64,000 nt of DNA from Nitrospinaceae bacterium (GTDB taxonomy: Bacteria > Nitrospinota > Nitrospinia > Nitrospinales > Nitrospinaceae): assembly GCA_965223665.1 (NCBI GenBank), contig OZ245011.1, positions 2,016,001 to 2,080,000 of the forward strand, read 5' to 3'. Numbering within the stretch: the stretch's first letter is position 1; the number at the start of each line of letters is the position of its first letter. Made by a program: the position numbers and the translations under genes. Shown one piece after another: positions 18,196-28,396 of the stretch. A model generated the notes under the pieces. That model saw nothing but the letters and a program-made list of their open reading frames with translations, had not been told where the DNA came from and did no database searches.

Positions 18196-20406
18196 ATGAA
18201 AAAGAAATTCTTATTTTTAATTGTTTTAGTTTTAACGCTATTTGTAGTTTCCTCAGCAGAAACTAACTCTTCCGACGCTATACGAGTCAAAATGGAATAT
18301 GAGGAGAAAACCGATACGATTCACCTTAAAATTAAAAATACTAGTTTCCAATCGGTAAAAATTTATAATTTGGATTTAAAACCTAAGGACAAGAAAGGAA
18401 TTGCTCCCAGGGGATTCAAAGTAAAATTAAAAGATAAAAACAATAAAATTTTAAGTAATGATAATGGTGCCAAAGATGGACTTATTTCGAGTAGAGATCA
18501 CTGGCATGAAATATATAGAGTGCCAACTGATCCGGTTAAACTTGAGTCGGGCAAAACTATTCAGTTAGATTTTACACTGAAGCATTTAATAAGTTGGAAT
18601 TTCGGTGATTATTCAGAAATTAGATTTTTTAAATTAGTTTATTACATTTATCTCGATGGCTTTTGGGATAGAAAGTTAGAATTTAAATCAAACTGGATAA
18701 CATTTCCGGACAAACTACGGTCAGCATACTCATCCAATCAAAACAAACCTAACCCTAAAGAAAAAACTTTTTTCAAACCTTATAATTTAAAAGATTATGA
18801 AACCATAAAACAACTTTTAAAAGAAGGGGTAGACCCTAATTCACGTTCAGAAAGTGGTTCCCCAGCATTAATCTATGCGGTGGGTGTTAATAATCCAAAA
18901 ATTGTTAATCTTTTGTTGGATCACGGAGCCAACCCAAACATTGTCAATCGGGATGGATACTCTGCATTGCACTATGCTGCTTTAGAGGGCCAACTAGAAA
19001 TAATGAGCTTATTACTGGCTAAAGACGCAGATCCCAATTTAAAAAATAATAGAGGAGAAACAGCTTTATTGCTTGCTGCCAGTGCCGGTCACCTGGAAGC
19101 CATTAAACTTTTAGTCTCTAAAGGTGCAGATTTAAATGTTAGGAATAATACCGATGACAATGCCTTGCATAATGCTTCTGTTCGAAAAAATACAAAGGTC
19201 TTTAAATGGCTATTGGATCAGGGATTAAACTTAGAGGCTAAAACAAAATTAGGTATGACCCCTCTTCATTTGGCTGTGTTCAACGGAAGCGAAGAAATTA
19301 TAGATATATTATTAGAAAAGGGTGTCAAAGTTAACATTCAAAATATTAGGGGAGAAACTCCACTTCACCATGCGTCTTGGGGAATAATAAATATATTCAA
19401 TAAATTGATGGCTCACGGGGCAGATCCCAATATCCGAGACAAGAGAAATGAAAAGCCTATTTCCAATGCAATTGCTTCAGGAAATTTCCAAATCTTCACA
19501 AAGTTATTCACCAAAGAAGATTTAAAAACAAAGGATATTTACGGCAACTCATTACTCCATGTTGCAATTTCATATGGAAAGAGTATTGATATTGTACGGT
19601 TTTTGCTGGAAAGGAATGCCAATCCTAATCTAAAAAATATAATTGGATTGACCCCTCTTCATAATGCAGCTTCAACTGAGAATTTCGAAATTCTAAAGAT
19701 GTTAATGGAAAAGAATGTCGAGGTTAATTCTCAAGATAATGCTGGAGAAACTCCATTAATGAAATCGGTTCAAACAAATAAAATCAACCAAACAAAGTAT
19801 CTTCTGGAAAGAGGCGCAAATCCTAACTTAAAAAATAAAATGGGGGAAACATCCTTATATTGGGCGGCCTATTTCAATCATCTGAATTTGGTTAAATTAT
19901 TGATGGAGAACAATGCAGATCCCGCCATTACTTCAACCCGAGGATTAAATCCTGCATCCTTTGCAATTAAAGAAGGGAATTTAAAAATCTTCAAACTGTT
20001 ATTAAAAAAAGATTCTAATTTAATGGTTCAAACTTTAAATGGAGAAACACTTCTTCACTTTGCAGGAAAAGCGGGCAACCTTGAAATTTTTAAAATTTTG
20101 ATCTCCAAAGGACTGGATAGGAAAGCTATTGACAATCACGGCAACACCACCCTGCATTGGGCCGCTAAAGGAGGCAATCCTGAAATATCAAAATTTTTAC
20201 TGGATCACGGGGTTGATCCAAATACACAAAATCACGCTGGGGACACCGCACTTATTATTGCAACTCAGTATGGGCACACTGATATGGTCAAACAATTATT
20301 AACCCACGGAGCCGACCCCAACATTAAAAACAAAGACGGAGAAACCGCATACAGCTGGGTTGGAAAGAATAAACTTTTAGCAAACTTACTTGAAGAAAAT
20401 GAATAA
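18196..20406 (+). CDS. Secreted ankyrin-repeat protein with an N-terminal beta-rich domain
   Basis: Signal peptide; about 16 G.TPLH.A...G...IV..LL..GA.PN repeats from about residue 200. Confidence 0.95.
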   Translation: MKKKFLFLIVLVLTLFVVSSAETNSSDAIRVKMEYEEKTDTIHLKIKNTSFQSVKIYNLDLKPKDKKGIAPRGFKVKLKDKNNKILSNDNGAKDGLISSRDHWHEIYRVPTDPVKLESGKTIQLDFTLKHLISWNFGDYSEIRFFKLVYYIYLDGFWDRKLEFKSNWITFPDKLRSAYSSNQNKPNPKEKTFFKPYNLKDYETIKQLLKEGVDPNSRSESGSPALIYAVGVNNPKIVNLLLDHGANPNIVNRDGYSALHYAALEGQLEIMSLLLAKDADPNLKNNRGETALLLAASAGHLEAIKLLVSKGADLNVRNNTDDNALHNASVRKNTKVFKWLLDQGLNLEAKTKLGMTPLHLAVFNGSEEIIDILLEKGVKVNIQNIRGETPLHHASWGIINIFNKLMAHGADPNIRDKRNEKPISNAIASGNFQIFTKLFTKEDLKTKDIYGNSLLHVAISYGKSIDIVRFLLERNANPNLKNIIGLTPLHNAASTENFEILKMLMEKNVEVNSQDNAGETPLMKSVQTNKINQTKYLLERGANPNLKNKMGETSLYWAAYFNHLNLVKLLMENNADPAITSTRGLNPASFAIKEGNLKIFKLLLKKDSNLMVQTLNGETLLHFAGKAGNLEIFKILISKGLDRKAIDNHGNTTLHWAAKGGNPEISKFLLDHGVDPNTQNHAGDTALIIATQYGHTDMVKQLLTHGADPNIKNKDGETAYSWVGKNKLLANLLEENE

Positions 20407-20617
20407 AAACTGCTTTATTAAAATAAAAGAAAGAGCATATCTGGTTGGATATCTTTTTTGTTCTGAATGTGGGATTGAGTTGGACCTGGATGAAGAAGCT
20501 TCCGATCCAATGGAAAAATGGGCTCAACAATCGGCTGAGGTTGCCAAAGCCCAAGGATGGGGATGCTCTGAAGAAAATAAAATTGTTTGTTCCAATTGTT
20601 TAAAAAAAATACTCTGA
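20390..20617 (+). CDS. Small zinc-ribbon-like protein
   Basis: CSEC...A.A.GW...CSNC. Confidence 0.6.
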   Translation: MKKMNKNCFIKIKERAYLVGYLFCSECGIELDLDEEASDPMEKWAQQSAEVAKAQGWGCSEENKIVCSNCLKKIL

Positions 20618-20631
20618 CAACGTGGTGCGCT

Positions 20632-20871
20632 ATGAGACTTCTCGACCAAGAAACTGATAACAAATTAAACCAGGTAACTATTTTTTTAACAAAATCAGAA
20701 GCTAAAGAAATGATTGATTCACTGCAGGAACTTATCTCTAATCCTGGAGAAAATCATCAACACGTATCCAGCGAAGATTTTCAAAAAGAAATTACAATTT
20801 GCATCTACGACCAAAACTCTTTGAATGGCTTTTCGGATCGTGCCAAAATGTTAATTTTAGAAGATATTTAA
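20632..20871 (+). CDS. Hypothetical protein (79 aa, immunity-like)
   Basis: ATG at 20632; MRLLDQETDNKLNQVTIFLTKSEA...HQHVSSEDFQKEITICIY. Confidence 0.7.
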   Translation: MRLLDQETDNKLNQVTIFLTKSEAKEMIDSLQELISNPGENHQHVSSEDFQKEITICIYDQNSLNGFSDRAKMLILEDI

Positions 20872-20919
20872 AGATTAAAAGTTCTCTTTGGAAACAGAGA
20901 ATCATAGGATTGTTAACTT

Positions 20920-21306
20920 TTGATGAAACCTATTTATTTACATATTTTTGGCACTTCAATTTTACTAATATTGAGTTGCATAATATTGAAATTTTCTGCC
21001 AAAGTTGCTTTGAAAATTTGGACTGAAAAAGACTCACAAATTAGAAACTTTTATTTAACTACTTTTACATTTGTCCTATTGACCATTATAGGTTATTTGC
21101 TGATTTGTTTACCCTTCTCTTTTTACGATAAATTTAATATTCCCATATATTCGATCGCAAAACTTAACATCACATTTGAAGTTATTACAAGTTTCATTAT
21201 TTGTTGGCAGCTTCTCGCTTGTTTAATTTTCATTTTTGTTGGCCTTAAAAAAGAACGTAAACAAATTGTGGAAATTTCCAATCGATATAAAAACAACCCC
21301 AGTTAA
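20920..21306 (+). CDS. Hypothetical membrane protein (3 TM)
   Basis: ORF track; very AT-rich. Confidence 0.55.
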   Translation: MMKPIYLHIFGTSILLILSCIILKFSAKVALKIWTEKDSQIRNFYLTTFTFVLLTIIGYLLICLPFSFYDKFNIPIYSIAKLNITFEVITSFIICWQLLACLIFIFVGLKKERKQIVEISNRYKNNPS

Positions 21307-21310
21307 TTTT

Positions 21311-21847
21311 ATGTTTAGATACGTTTTATTCATTTTAGTTACCATAAAAAATATTTTTATCAAATCACCCTCAATCCATTTTTCATTTCGAGGATCACAA
21401 GAAAACTTTCTTGAAGGTTTACGAGATACATTGAAAGCCAAAAATATTCATTTGTATCAATTGAATCAGCGAAGTTACCAGTTCAAGTGTTGCGGAAAAG
21501 ATTTAGGCAAAAAATTTAATTTCATTAAATTCTCCAGTAATATCAATTTATCAAAAAACAAAACGATAGAGATTAAAGTTAGTAGTCTTGCAGGACAAAA
21601 TATGAATTTCATGGCTTATGGATTCCTTGCGATAGTCCTGCTTGATTATTTTATTCACAACAAAGACGGTAAAACACTTTTAAATTTCCTTTTCATCTCT
21701 GCATTTATTACTCAGACGTATTATTTTTCAATGGTTGACCCCTTTCGCTCTAAGTTTAAGAAATTCTTTAAATCCGTTCTTGATACAAGCCGTGTAAAAC
21801 ATACCGTTCTAACCCAGAAAAAAAATGATCAAAAGAATTCAGCATGA
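21311..21847 (+). CDS. Hypothetical membrane protein
   Basis: ATG at 21311, just after the previous stop; two C-terminal TM segments. Confidence 0.55.
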   Translation: MFRYVLFILVTIKNIFIKSPSIHFSFRGSQENFLEGLRDTLKAKNIHLYQLNQRSYQFKCCGKDLGKKFNFIKFSSNINLSKNKTIEIKVSSLAGQNMNFMAYGFLAIVLLDYFIHNKDGKTLLNFLFISAFITQTYYFSMVDPFRSKFKKFFKSVLDTSRVKHTVLTQKKNDQKNSA

Positions 21848-22362
21848 AATCATTTCCCATTTTATTTTTAATATTGCTATTTGCAAAAATTGCATTCGCC
21901 ATAGAGCCACCCCGCGAAACTATTATTAAAGCCCTGTCAAAAGGGAAAACAGCCTTCATTGGGAAACCCCGAAAAATAGAGATTGTAAATGAAAAATCTC
22001 ATAACGTTACGGCAAAAATGGAATTACAGATTTTGTATTGCTTCTCGGGACTCGATTGTAAAAAGGATGAAGTCCTGTCACTTCAATTTCAATTCCAGAA
22101 CTCAAAGGAAACCAGCCTTCCGGTTGAGTTTCCATTGGGCGCAGAAATTGTATTTGTCATGAATCAACCATTTAAGGATTTGAAAGAATTTGATTCGGAT
22201 TGGCAGGATGGAATTGATAGAGCTTTTATCTGCGACACCTTTCCTCAATCTATTTTAACTTTAAAGGAGAGGTTCCCGTGTAAAAGCATTTATGGAGGCA
22301 AACCTGAATCATGGATTAAATTCGATGAATTACTTATCAAGGGAGACCACCAATCTCCTTGA
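21844..22362 (+). CDS. Secreted hypothetical protein
   Basis: Signal peptide ending IAFA; ATGA overlap with the previous gene. Confidence 0.72.
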   Translation: MKSFPILFLILLFAKIAFAIEPPRETIIKALSKGKTAFIGKPRKIEIVNEKSHNVTAKMELQILYCFSGLDCKKDEVLSLQFQFQNSKETSLPVEFPLGAEIVFVMNQPFKDLKEFDSDWQDGIDRAFICDTFPQSILTLKERFPCKSIYGGKPESWIKFDELLIKGDHQSP

Positions 22363-22422
22363 TGATAAATTGTCACAAACTCACGTAATTAATTAGCCTA
22401 CATTTAAAATATTTTTATTAAT

Positions 22423-23145
22423 ATGCAAAAAAGTTTCCCTAATCTATTTATCGATCTAAAAATTAGCGACATTTCAAAATCCTCCTTACGATTTATAGGT
22501 CTATTCGTTTTTACTTTTGAATTTTATTTTTTTTATTGGATTTTTAAAAACTATCGTCAGTTTAAACATTACCAAACGCCTCCCATCAATCCCTACAAAG
22601 AACTAGCCCTTCTGATTTTTTTCTCCTTAATTTTGCCGGTGACTTTGGTTTTCATAAGTTTCAAACAAAATACTCTTTTTGCGCAAGGCAACATTAGTTT
22701 TCAAAGAGAAATTATTTTAAACGCTCTCTTCATGGGTGCGCCGGTTTTCTTTTTATTTCTGCAGTTATTATTTTTAGACAGAGTTTTTGAGAGGTATGGG
22801 ATTCACAATATCCACCCGTATAAGACCACGTTTATTTATGCAGTTCTGGATGTTTTTATTCTACTGATGCCCGAACCTCTATATTGGGATCCCTGGGGTC
22901 ACCGATTTTTTTTCCTGGGAATTCTTGTTTTTAGAATTTTAATGGGAACTATTCTCTATAGTGTGGAGATAAAAATTCAAAAGTTTCTGGAAGGAAGGAA
23001 AGAAGGAACCAAAGAAACCCCAAAAGGTTCGATTTTAGAAAATTCCATCCTGATATTTGGGGTTTCTTTTAATTTATGGCACATTGTGTTTGCACCCATT
23101 GAGCCTATTAATTTCAATTCCTGGTTCAATTATTTTTTCCCTTAA
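22423..23145 (+). CDS. Hypothetical multi-pass membrane protein
   Basis: About 6 TM segments; Y..YW..KN motif reminiscent of DUF4234. Confidence 0.65.
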   Translation: MQKSFPNLFIDLKISDISKSSLRFIGLFVFTFEFYFFYWIFKNYRQFKHYQTPPINPYKELALLIFFSLILPVTLVFISFKQNTLFAQGNISFQREIILNALFMGAPVFFLFLQLLFLDRVFERYGIHNIHPYKTTFIYAVLDVFILLMPEPLYWDPWGHRFFFLGILVFRILMGTILYSVEIKIQKFLEGRKEGTKETPKGSILENSILIFGVSFNLWHIVFAPIEPINFNSWFNYFFP

Positions 23146-23170
23146 ACAACGGTTCCTTTTTATACTTGTT

Positions 23171-23626
23171 TTACTGTCCAACGATGTCGGGTTTCATGGG
23201 GCCGAGGATGGCAAGGAGTTCGCCTTTTTCTTTTTCGGGGACATTGTATTTATCCAGCGTTTTCACCAGGTCGTCCACCACGTAACCGAATTCCGCATCG
23301 GTAATTCCCAATCCTGCGTGGGATTCCTTCATTGAGCGGCCTTTGTATTCACAGGGTCCGCCGGATCCGGCGCACACCTGATCGGCCACCAGTGATTTTA
23401 ACTTGGCGATATCGATTTCTTTCAATCGTTGCGCCACTTTGGCGTTGGTGATTCGTTTGTCGCCTCCGACGGTATCGATAAAATCATTCACTACGGCCTG
23501 GATCGCTTTCATGCCGCCCAACCGATCGTAAAGAGACGTCTCTTTTTTCATCGCCGTTTTCGAACAGGCGCCGAACAGAGTGACGATTAATAATAAGCTG
23601 AACAATTTTAAAGAAAATTTCTTCAC
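23171..23626 (-). CDS. Group I truncated (2/2) haemoglobin with a lipoprotein signal
   Basis: SLYDRLGG and GGPCEYKGRSMKESHAGLGITDAEF (proximal His); lipobox LFGAC; AAGGAG RBS. Confidence 0.92.
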   Translation of the reverse strand: MKKFSLKLFSLLLIVTLFGACSKTAMKKETSLYDRLGGMKAIQAVVNDFIDTVGGDKRITNAKVAQRLKEIDIAKLKSLVADQVCAGSGGPCEYKGRSMKESHAGLGITDAEFGYVVDDLVKTLDKYNVPEKEKGELLAILGPMKPDIVGQ

Positions 23627-23847
23627 GGCCTCGCTCCTTTGGAAGGTGTTTAAATTTTTGAGAGAACTCTCTAGATCACAACCCGGGTACCTACAAAATC
23701 CGGAGCAATTATAGCATCAATTTTTTCCCTTCGCCATCTCCTCTACCTCCTGAATTTTCCAAACTATTGTAGATTCGCCCCATAACTTCTGCTCTTGCTT
23801 TTGCCGGTGAGTTCCAGGATACTGGATCCAGTGAATCTTTTTAGATA

Positions 23848-24762
23848 ATGGATTTTTGGCAGATATCGACGATGTCCACTTGGGATAAATACTACCTAGG
23901 GCTTGCAATTATATTATTTTCCATGGCCTTATCCATTTGGGGAATTTTTCGCATTTCTGAAAACTTTTTGCTTCTTACAGCTTTATTAGCCACATTATTA
24001 GGACTGTGGCAATATCCATTTAAATGCCCCAATTGCAAAAAAACCATCAACATCAAGGAATCAAAATTTAGTGGAAAACCTTTTCGCATGAGTAAGAGTG
24101 GCTTAACGTATACGGCGTTTCCCCCAAAAAAATGCTGGAATTGTGATTATAATTTGACTCAATCTCCAAAATCCAAAAATATGCCCAAAGAAAATGACGC
24201 CATAAATAAAAAACTATCTCTTGCAGAAGAGTTTCTTGATGATGAAGATTTCCATTCTGCTTTCAAGATATATAAATCCTTATCAGACCAGGGGTTGAAC
24301 ATTTGCGATACCACACTGGGCTGGATGTATTCCCATGGTAAAGGGGTAGGAACTAATTTAGAGATAGCAAAGCAATATCTTCTCCGACCCGCAGAAGAAG
24401 GTGATAAAGAGGCACAGTTTTATCTGGGGAGAAACTTTATACAAATAAATGATTTGGACCAGGCGATCTTTTGGTTGGAAAAATCAGCCAATTCCGGGTA
24501 CTCTCCGGCCTTATTCAGATTGGGATGCCTTTACGATAAGGATAAGCATCTAAAAAAAGACGATGAAAAAGCCACAGATTATTTTGAACGCGCTGCCAGG
24601 CTGAATCATGTTGGAGGACTCATAAGATATTCCTACAAACTGATTAAGGGGAACCGCGGAATTCTTAAGATACCCAAAGGATTCATTATTTTATTAAAGG
24701 GTATATTTTTGGTATTTTATTTTAGCTCCAAAGACGAGGGAGATGAAAGGCTTCAAACTTAA
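23848..24762 (+). CDS. Sel1-repeat protein with N-terminal TM hairpin and CxxC...CxxC domain
   Basis: CPNC and CWNC; LGWMYSHGKGV, AQFYLG, ALFRLGCLY. Confidence 0.78.
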   Translation: MDFWQISTMSTWDKYYLGLAIILFSMALSIWGIFRISENFLLLTALLATLLGLWQYPFKCPNCKKTINIKESKFSGKPFRMSKSGLTYTAFPPKKCWNCDYNLTQSPKSKNMPKENDAINKKLSLAEEFLDDEDFHSAFKIYKSLSDQGLNICDTTLGWMYSHGKGVGTNLEIAKQYLLRPAEEGDKEAQFYLGRNFIQINDLDQAIFWLEKSANSGYSPALFRLGCLYDKDKHLKKDDEKATDYFERAARLNHVGGLIRYSYKLIKGNRGILKIPKGFIILLKGIFLVFYFSSKDEGDERLQT

Positions 24763-24839
24763 AAGATTTAAAATCCGGGGTAACCCTCCACTTAGAATTC
24801 CTTATTAAAAAACCGATCCAAAACTTTCTTTAGCTTATC

Positions 24840-25478
24840 TCACTTCACCAACTTGATATGTTCAGTGATGGTCTTCACTCCTTTGGCCTGGCGGATGGTT
24901 TTCAGCACCAGATCTTTTTCCCTTTGGCTATCGGCTTCGCCAATAATATAAATATTGTTCATGACCGATCGATAAAAATAATTGAGGGAAGCAATTCCAC
25001 TGGTGGTGACCAGTTTAGCCTTTATTTTTGTTTCGATCCAGAAATCATTGACCGCCTGCCCGGGACCGCCCTTCTCTTCTTCTTTACCACTTTCGGAATC
25101 TTTTTTCTGCTCGCGTCTTGCCTCTTTCACTTCTTTCGGTACCATTTGTACATGGTCTATGAACTCTTTAATCCGTTTATCCTGCTTAGCGAGTTGGACT
25201 ACCTCCTGATGCACTTTGGCATCGTCCAGCGTTCCGGTAATCATCACCCGTTGCTTCCACACATCGGTACTGATATCGAGCAATAAGCCTTTGTCTTTGT
25301 CGGTCAGGCGGTCTAAAATTCCCGCATGAATTTCTGCATCGGTTTTTTGGTCTGCACCCGACCGATCCTGGATCACCCGCCCTGCAGTTTCCTGAACGAT
25401 AGTGGCACAGCCGGAAAACACGGCAAGCATGAGCCCCATCATTAAAGCCAGAGTGATTCTAAAGAAAAGAGTTTTCAT
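24840..25478 (-). CDS. Dual BON-domain lipoprotein (DolP/OsmY-like)
   Basis: Lipobox FSGC; D..I...I...L and D.WIETKIKAKL BON motifs; GGAGG RBS before the ATG at 25478. Confidence 0.9.
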   Translation of the reverse strand: MKTLFFRITLALMMGLMLAVFSGCATIVQETAGRVIQDRSGADQKTDAEIHAGILDRLTDKDKGLLLDISTDVWKQRVMITGTLDDAKVHQEVVQLAKQDKRIKEFIDHVQMVPKEVKEARREQKKDSESGKEEEKGGPGQAVNDFWIETKIKAKLVTTSGIASLNYFYRSVMNNIYIIGEADSQREKDLVLKTIRQAKGVKTITEHIKLVK

Positions 25479-25564
25479 CAGAAAGGTCCTCCCCAAGGTT
25501 TTTTTGTGAAAGGGCAACTATACCATTTTTAGGGTCACTTTTGGCCTAGAAAATCTACGAGGAC

Positions 25565-25588
25565 CATCCAACCCTGTGAGGTTGGATG
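25565..25588. terminator. Stem-loop downstream of the 25608 gene
   Basis: CATCCAACC-ctgtga-GGTTGGATG, perfect 9-bp stem; no strong U-tract. Confidence 0.45.
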
Positions 25589-25607
25589 ACCGATAAAAGT
25601 TAATATT

Positions 25608-26522
25608 CTAATCCCTCAAGGCAATCCTCACTTCAGCGTTTTCCACTTTAGCTTTGCTGACAGATTCCAACTCACCCAAGGGAATTTTGGCTTTCGCAAA
25701 CACACGAAGACTCAGTTCCAAATTATAATTTCCCTCGCGCAAGATCAGTCCGGCGTTGGGTCCTTGTATGGTATTTTCCATCGAGGGCGGATTGCCATTC
25801 GCCGGTGTTAAAGTTTGCAGAACTGAATCGGCGGGATGACTTTCCTCTTCGCACAGTTGGTCTAGATATACTTTTACCTGGCCCGGATTATTCGGATCAC
25901 TTTTTAACAAATAGTTCGCGTGGGCAATGGCGCCACTGATCGGTGGAGGTTCGGCCAATGGAAGTTCTTCCGGGATCACAACATTGGCCTGGACATTAAT
26001 TTCCACACAACCTTTGTGAACCATTTCAATTCCTTCCAATTTAATATCCAGTTTAAACGTAAAGGATCCGCTTTGAGTCACCCGCAGGTTGCTGACCACT
26101 TTATTAAAGGATCGACCCACGGCGTAGGGTGAACCCATGGGATCATTCGGTCGTTCTGATTCAGGAAGAGGAGTGGATATCGCTTCCGCGCTCCCAGCCA
26201 GGCGATTAAAAACGGGCCACGCGGAGGAAGCTTTCGTTCCGTTAATTTCCGCTTTTAACTGGGCGGGATCGGGCACCGGACCCGTGGGGTCCCTATGATG
26301 TCCATGCTGATTCGGATCATTCGGGGGAAAATCCGGATACCAGTCCTCCGCATTGGTTGAGTTATTAGAATTGGCATCACCAAAAACATCGATTCTGATT
26401 ATGTTATTTTCAATTTCACCTGTATTCGACCGCACTTCTCCATCCGGGCACTGGTCCTGCCCTAAAAAAACGAAGAAGGAGAAGATGAAAAAAACTATTT
26501 TAAAAAATGAGTTTTTAAACAT
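25608..26522 (-). CDS. Exported hypothetical protein (possible lipoprotein)
   Basis: GGAGG RBS before the ATG at 26522; hydrophobic N-terminus ending LGQDQC; beta-rich. Confidence 0.75.
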   Translation of the reverse strand: MFKNSFFKIVFFIFSFFVFLGQDQCPDGEVRSNTGEIENNIIRIDVFGDANSNNSTNAEDWYPDFPPNDPNQHGHHRDPTGPVPDPAQLKAEINGTKASSAWPVFNRLAGSAEAISTPLPESERPNDPMGSPYAVGRSFNKVVSNLRVTQSGSFTFKLDIKLEGIEMVHKGCVEINVQANVVIPEELPLAEPPPISGAIAHANYLLKSDPNNPGQVKVYLDQLCEEESHPADSVLQTLTPANGNPPSMENTIQGPNAGLILREGNYNLELSLRVFAKAKIPLGELESVSKAKVENAEVRIALRD

Positions 26523-26791
26523 ATCCTTCCCTCCTATCAAACATTATTTTTTTGAAAAATAAGTTGAGGGTTTTAAAAGAAACAAAATTTTTATAGGAGT
26601 GCGTTCTAAAAAAGAAGCGGGAGGCGAGAATAGAAAGTGAGATAAATACCAGTATTCAAATTAGGGTGTGTGTGAACGTTGGCACTACTGATAATTAACT
26701 TTGTAATCTATGATTGAGTTATCTATTAAATTATATAATAAGACAACCTGCTGTCAATTCGGGTTTTACCGTTGGTTTTTCTAAGCGAATC

Positions 26792-26831
26792 AAAAAAGGA
26801 GGATCCGCCTTCGGGGGCACTCGAAGGCGGA
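26792..26831 (-). terminator. Rho-independent terminator
   Basis: Minus strand TCCGCCTTCG-agtgcccc-CGAAGGCGGA followed by TCCTCCTTTTTT. Confidence 0.6.
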
Positions 26832-27831
26832 CTTGTTTGGGTAGGTTCCACACATAAAATAGGGGGCTTCCTAATTCCCCTATCTATTTTTCATTTCCTG
26901 ACCTTTCTCGGAAAAGCTGGACCCGCCGAGATTAGGTTCGATATCAAAACCGAAATCACAATCCCGACGCCCCTCGTGGTCCATTCCATCAGGAAACATT
27001 TATACTTAATGATTTCATCGTCGGCCTTTGTCTGAATTTTTATCACACCTATGGAACCGGCCCATTCCACCGGCGGGTCTCAACCCTGAGTTGGAATTTC
27101 GCATAAGTCTTTATAAAGAATCCGGTGAGGCTGCAAGCGCACCTATTTTCCATCACCTCTGATTCTTCCGAACCTATCGAATCAACCCGGAGTATTCTCC
27201 CGCGACACCAAGACTGACCCCCAATCCAATGCCTGAGTTTCTCACGGTGGCGGTACCGGTTGCCGAAGGTGTTATCGTTTCATGTTGCTTCAAATGCCCT
27301 CTCTTAAAATCTCCTTTTGAAACAAACTTCAATACATAATGAGCAAGAACAGATACGGGAACTCGAAGTGCACACGGTCTGTCAGGACAAACCATTGAGA
27401 ACCGGTGAATCTTTTTTAAGTCCTCAACTGCGCGAATAAGGAATCTGCACCGACTCCTCCCCGATCTTTTAAAGATATAATAGCCCTTTCTCCCGAAAGG
27501 AAATATCGTTGTATCTTTATATTTTGTGTCGTGGTTTGAATGACAAGAGAGCAGGGAATTCATGGCCAACACTGATAGTTCCTTTGAAAAGTGGGACACA
27601 GGATAGAATTCATGCCTTAGGTTGGGGTTAGCCCCGGATTTGTATTTTGATTTTATTTTGAAAACATTCAGGCATGAAGCCCACCGTAAAATCTGGTTTT
27701 ACAATATGTTTGAAACTCCTCTTTCATGAGGAAATTTTTAAAGAGCCCGTTTCAACAGTTTTCGACCTCTTGAAAAACCACCCTAAATAGGTTAACCTAA
27801 AATTACCTCGATAGGTGAGTCTTTTTTCATA

Positions 27832-27867
27832 AGAATGGTTTTAAGTGTTACCGCTTAAAACCATTCT
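27832..27867. repeat. Perfect 14-8-14 inverted repeat
   Basis: AGAATGGTTTTAAG-tgttaccg-CTTAAAACCATTCT. Confidence 0.9.
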
Positions 27868-28396
27868 AACCCCCTTACTCTCTAAACCCCTGTAAACAGA
27901 AGCTCCCCTGGATGGAAGCGTGGATTGGGGATTAAATCCAACAAAATAACTTTTCAAATGTCCTAATTGGGGCAACCAAACAACACTTCAAATATTTGGT
28001 TTATTAAATTTATTTCTATTAAACAAAAACTGAGATTATCTTTTTAACCTCAACTTTACCACAAGAATTCATTCCTAAACCCTTTGAATATAGCGGATTT
28101 CCGGAAAAATTTCCATTAAATTCCTGCCCAGGAGCTGAACTCTTATTCAAGAACTACATTTTCTATAGATGAAAAAATTTAGGTAAACCAAAATTTTTTG
28201 TTTGGTGAATAGGGATTCATCTGGAGAACAGCGTCTGAAATTATGTTTTTACCCTCAGCCACAGGAGATCGAATTTTTGAAGTACTCAAGTTTTTTGGAT
28301 TGGTAAATATACTGAACGGAGGTGACGATCTTTATTTCGACTCAGAAAAAGGTACCAAAGAAACTCGGCACGATTGGGAGTTAGAATAATTACGTT

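Noticed and set aside
13189-23145. Integron cassette array
   Set aside because: Genes overlap or have very short spacers with no recurring attC-like inverted repeats, and there is no integrase in the window.
27174-27599. 141-aa minus-strand ORF and 26772-27035 plus-strand ORF
   Set aside because: No RBS, no recognisable motifs and atypical composition; one spans a terminator hairpin.
27832-27867. Chromosomal dif site
   Set aside because: Arms and spacer do not match the 11-6-11 XerC/XerD consensus.
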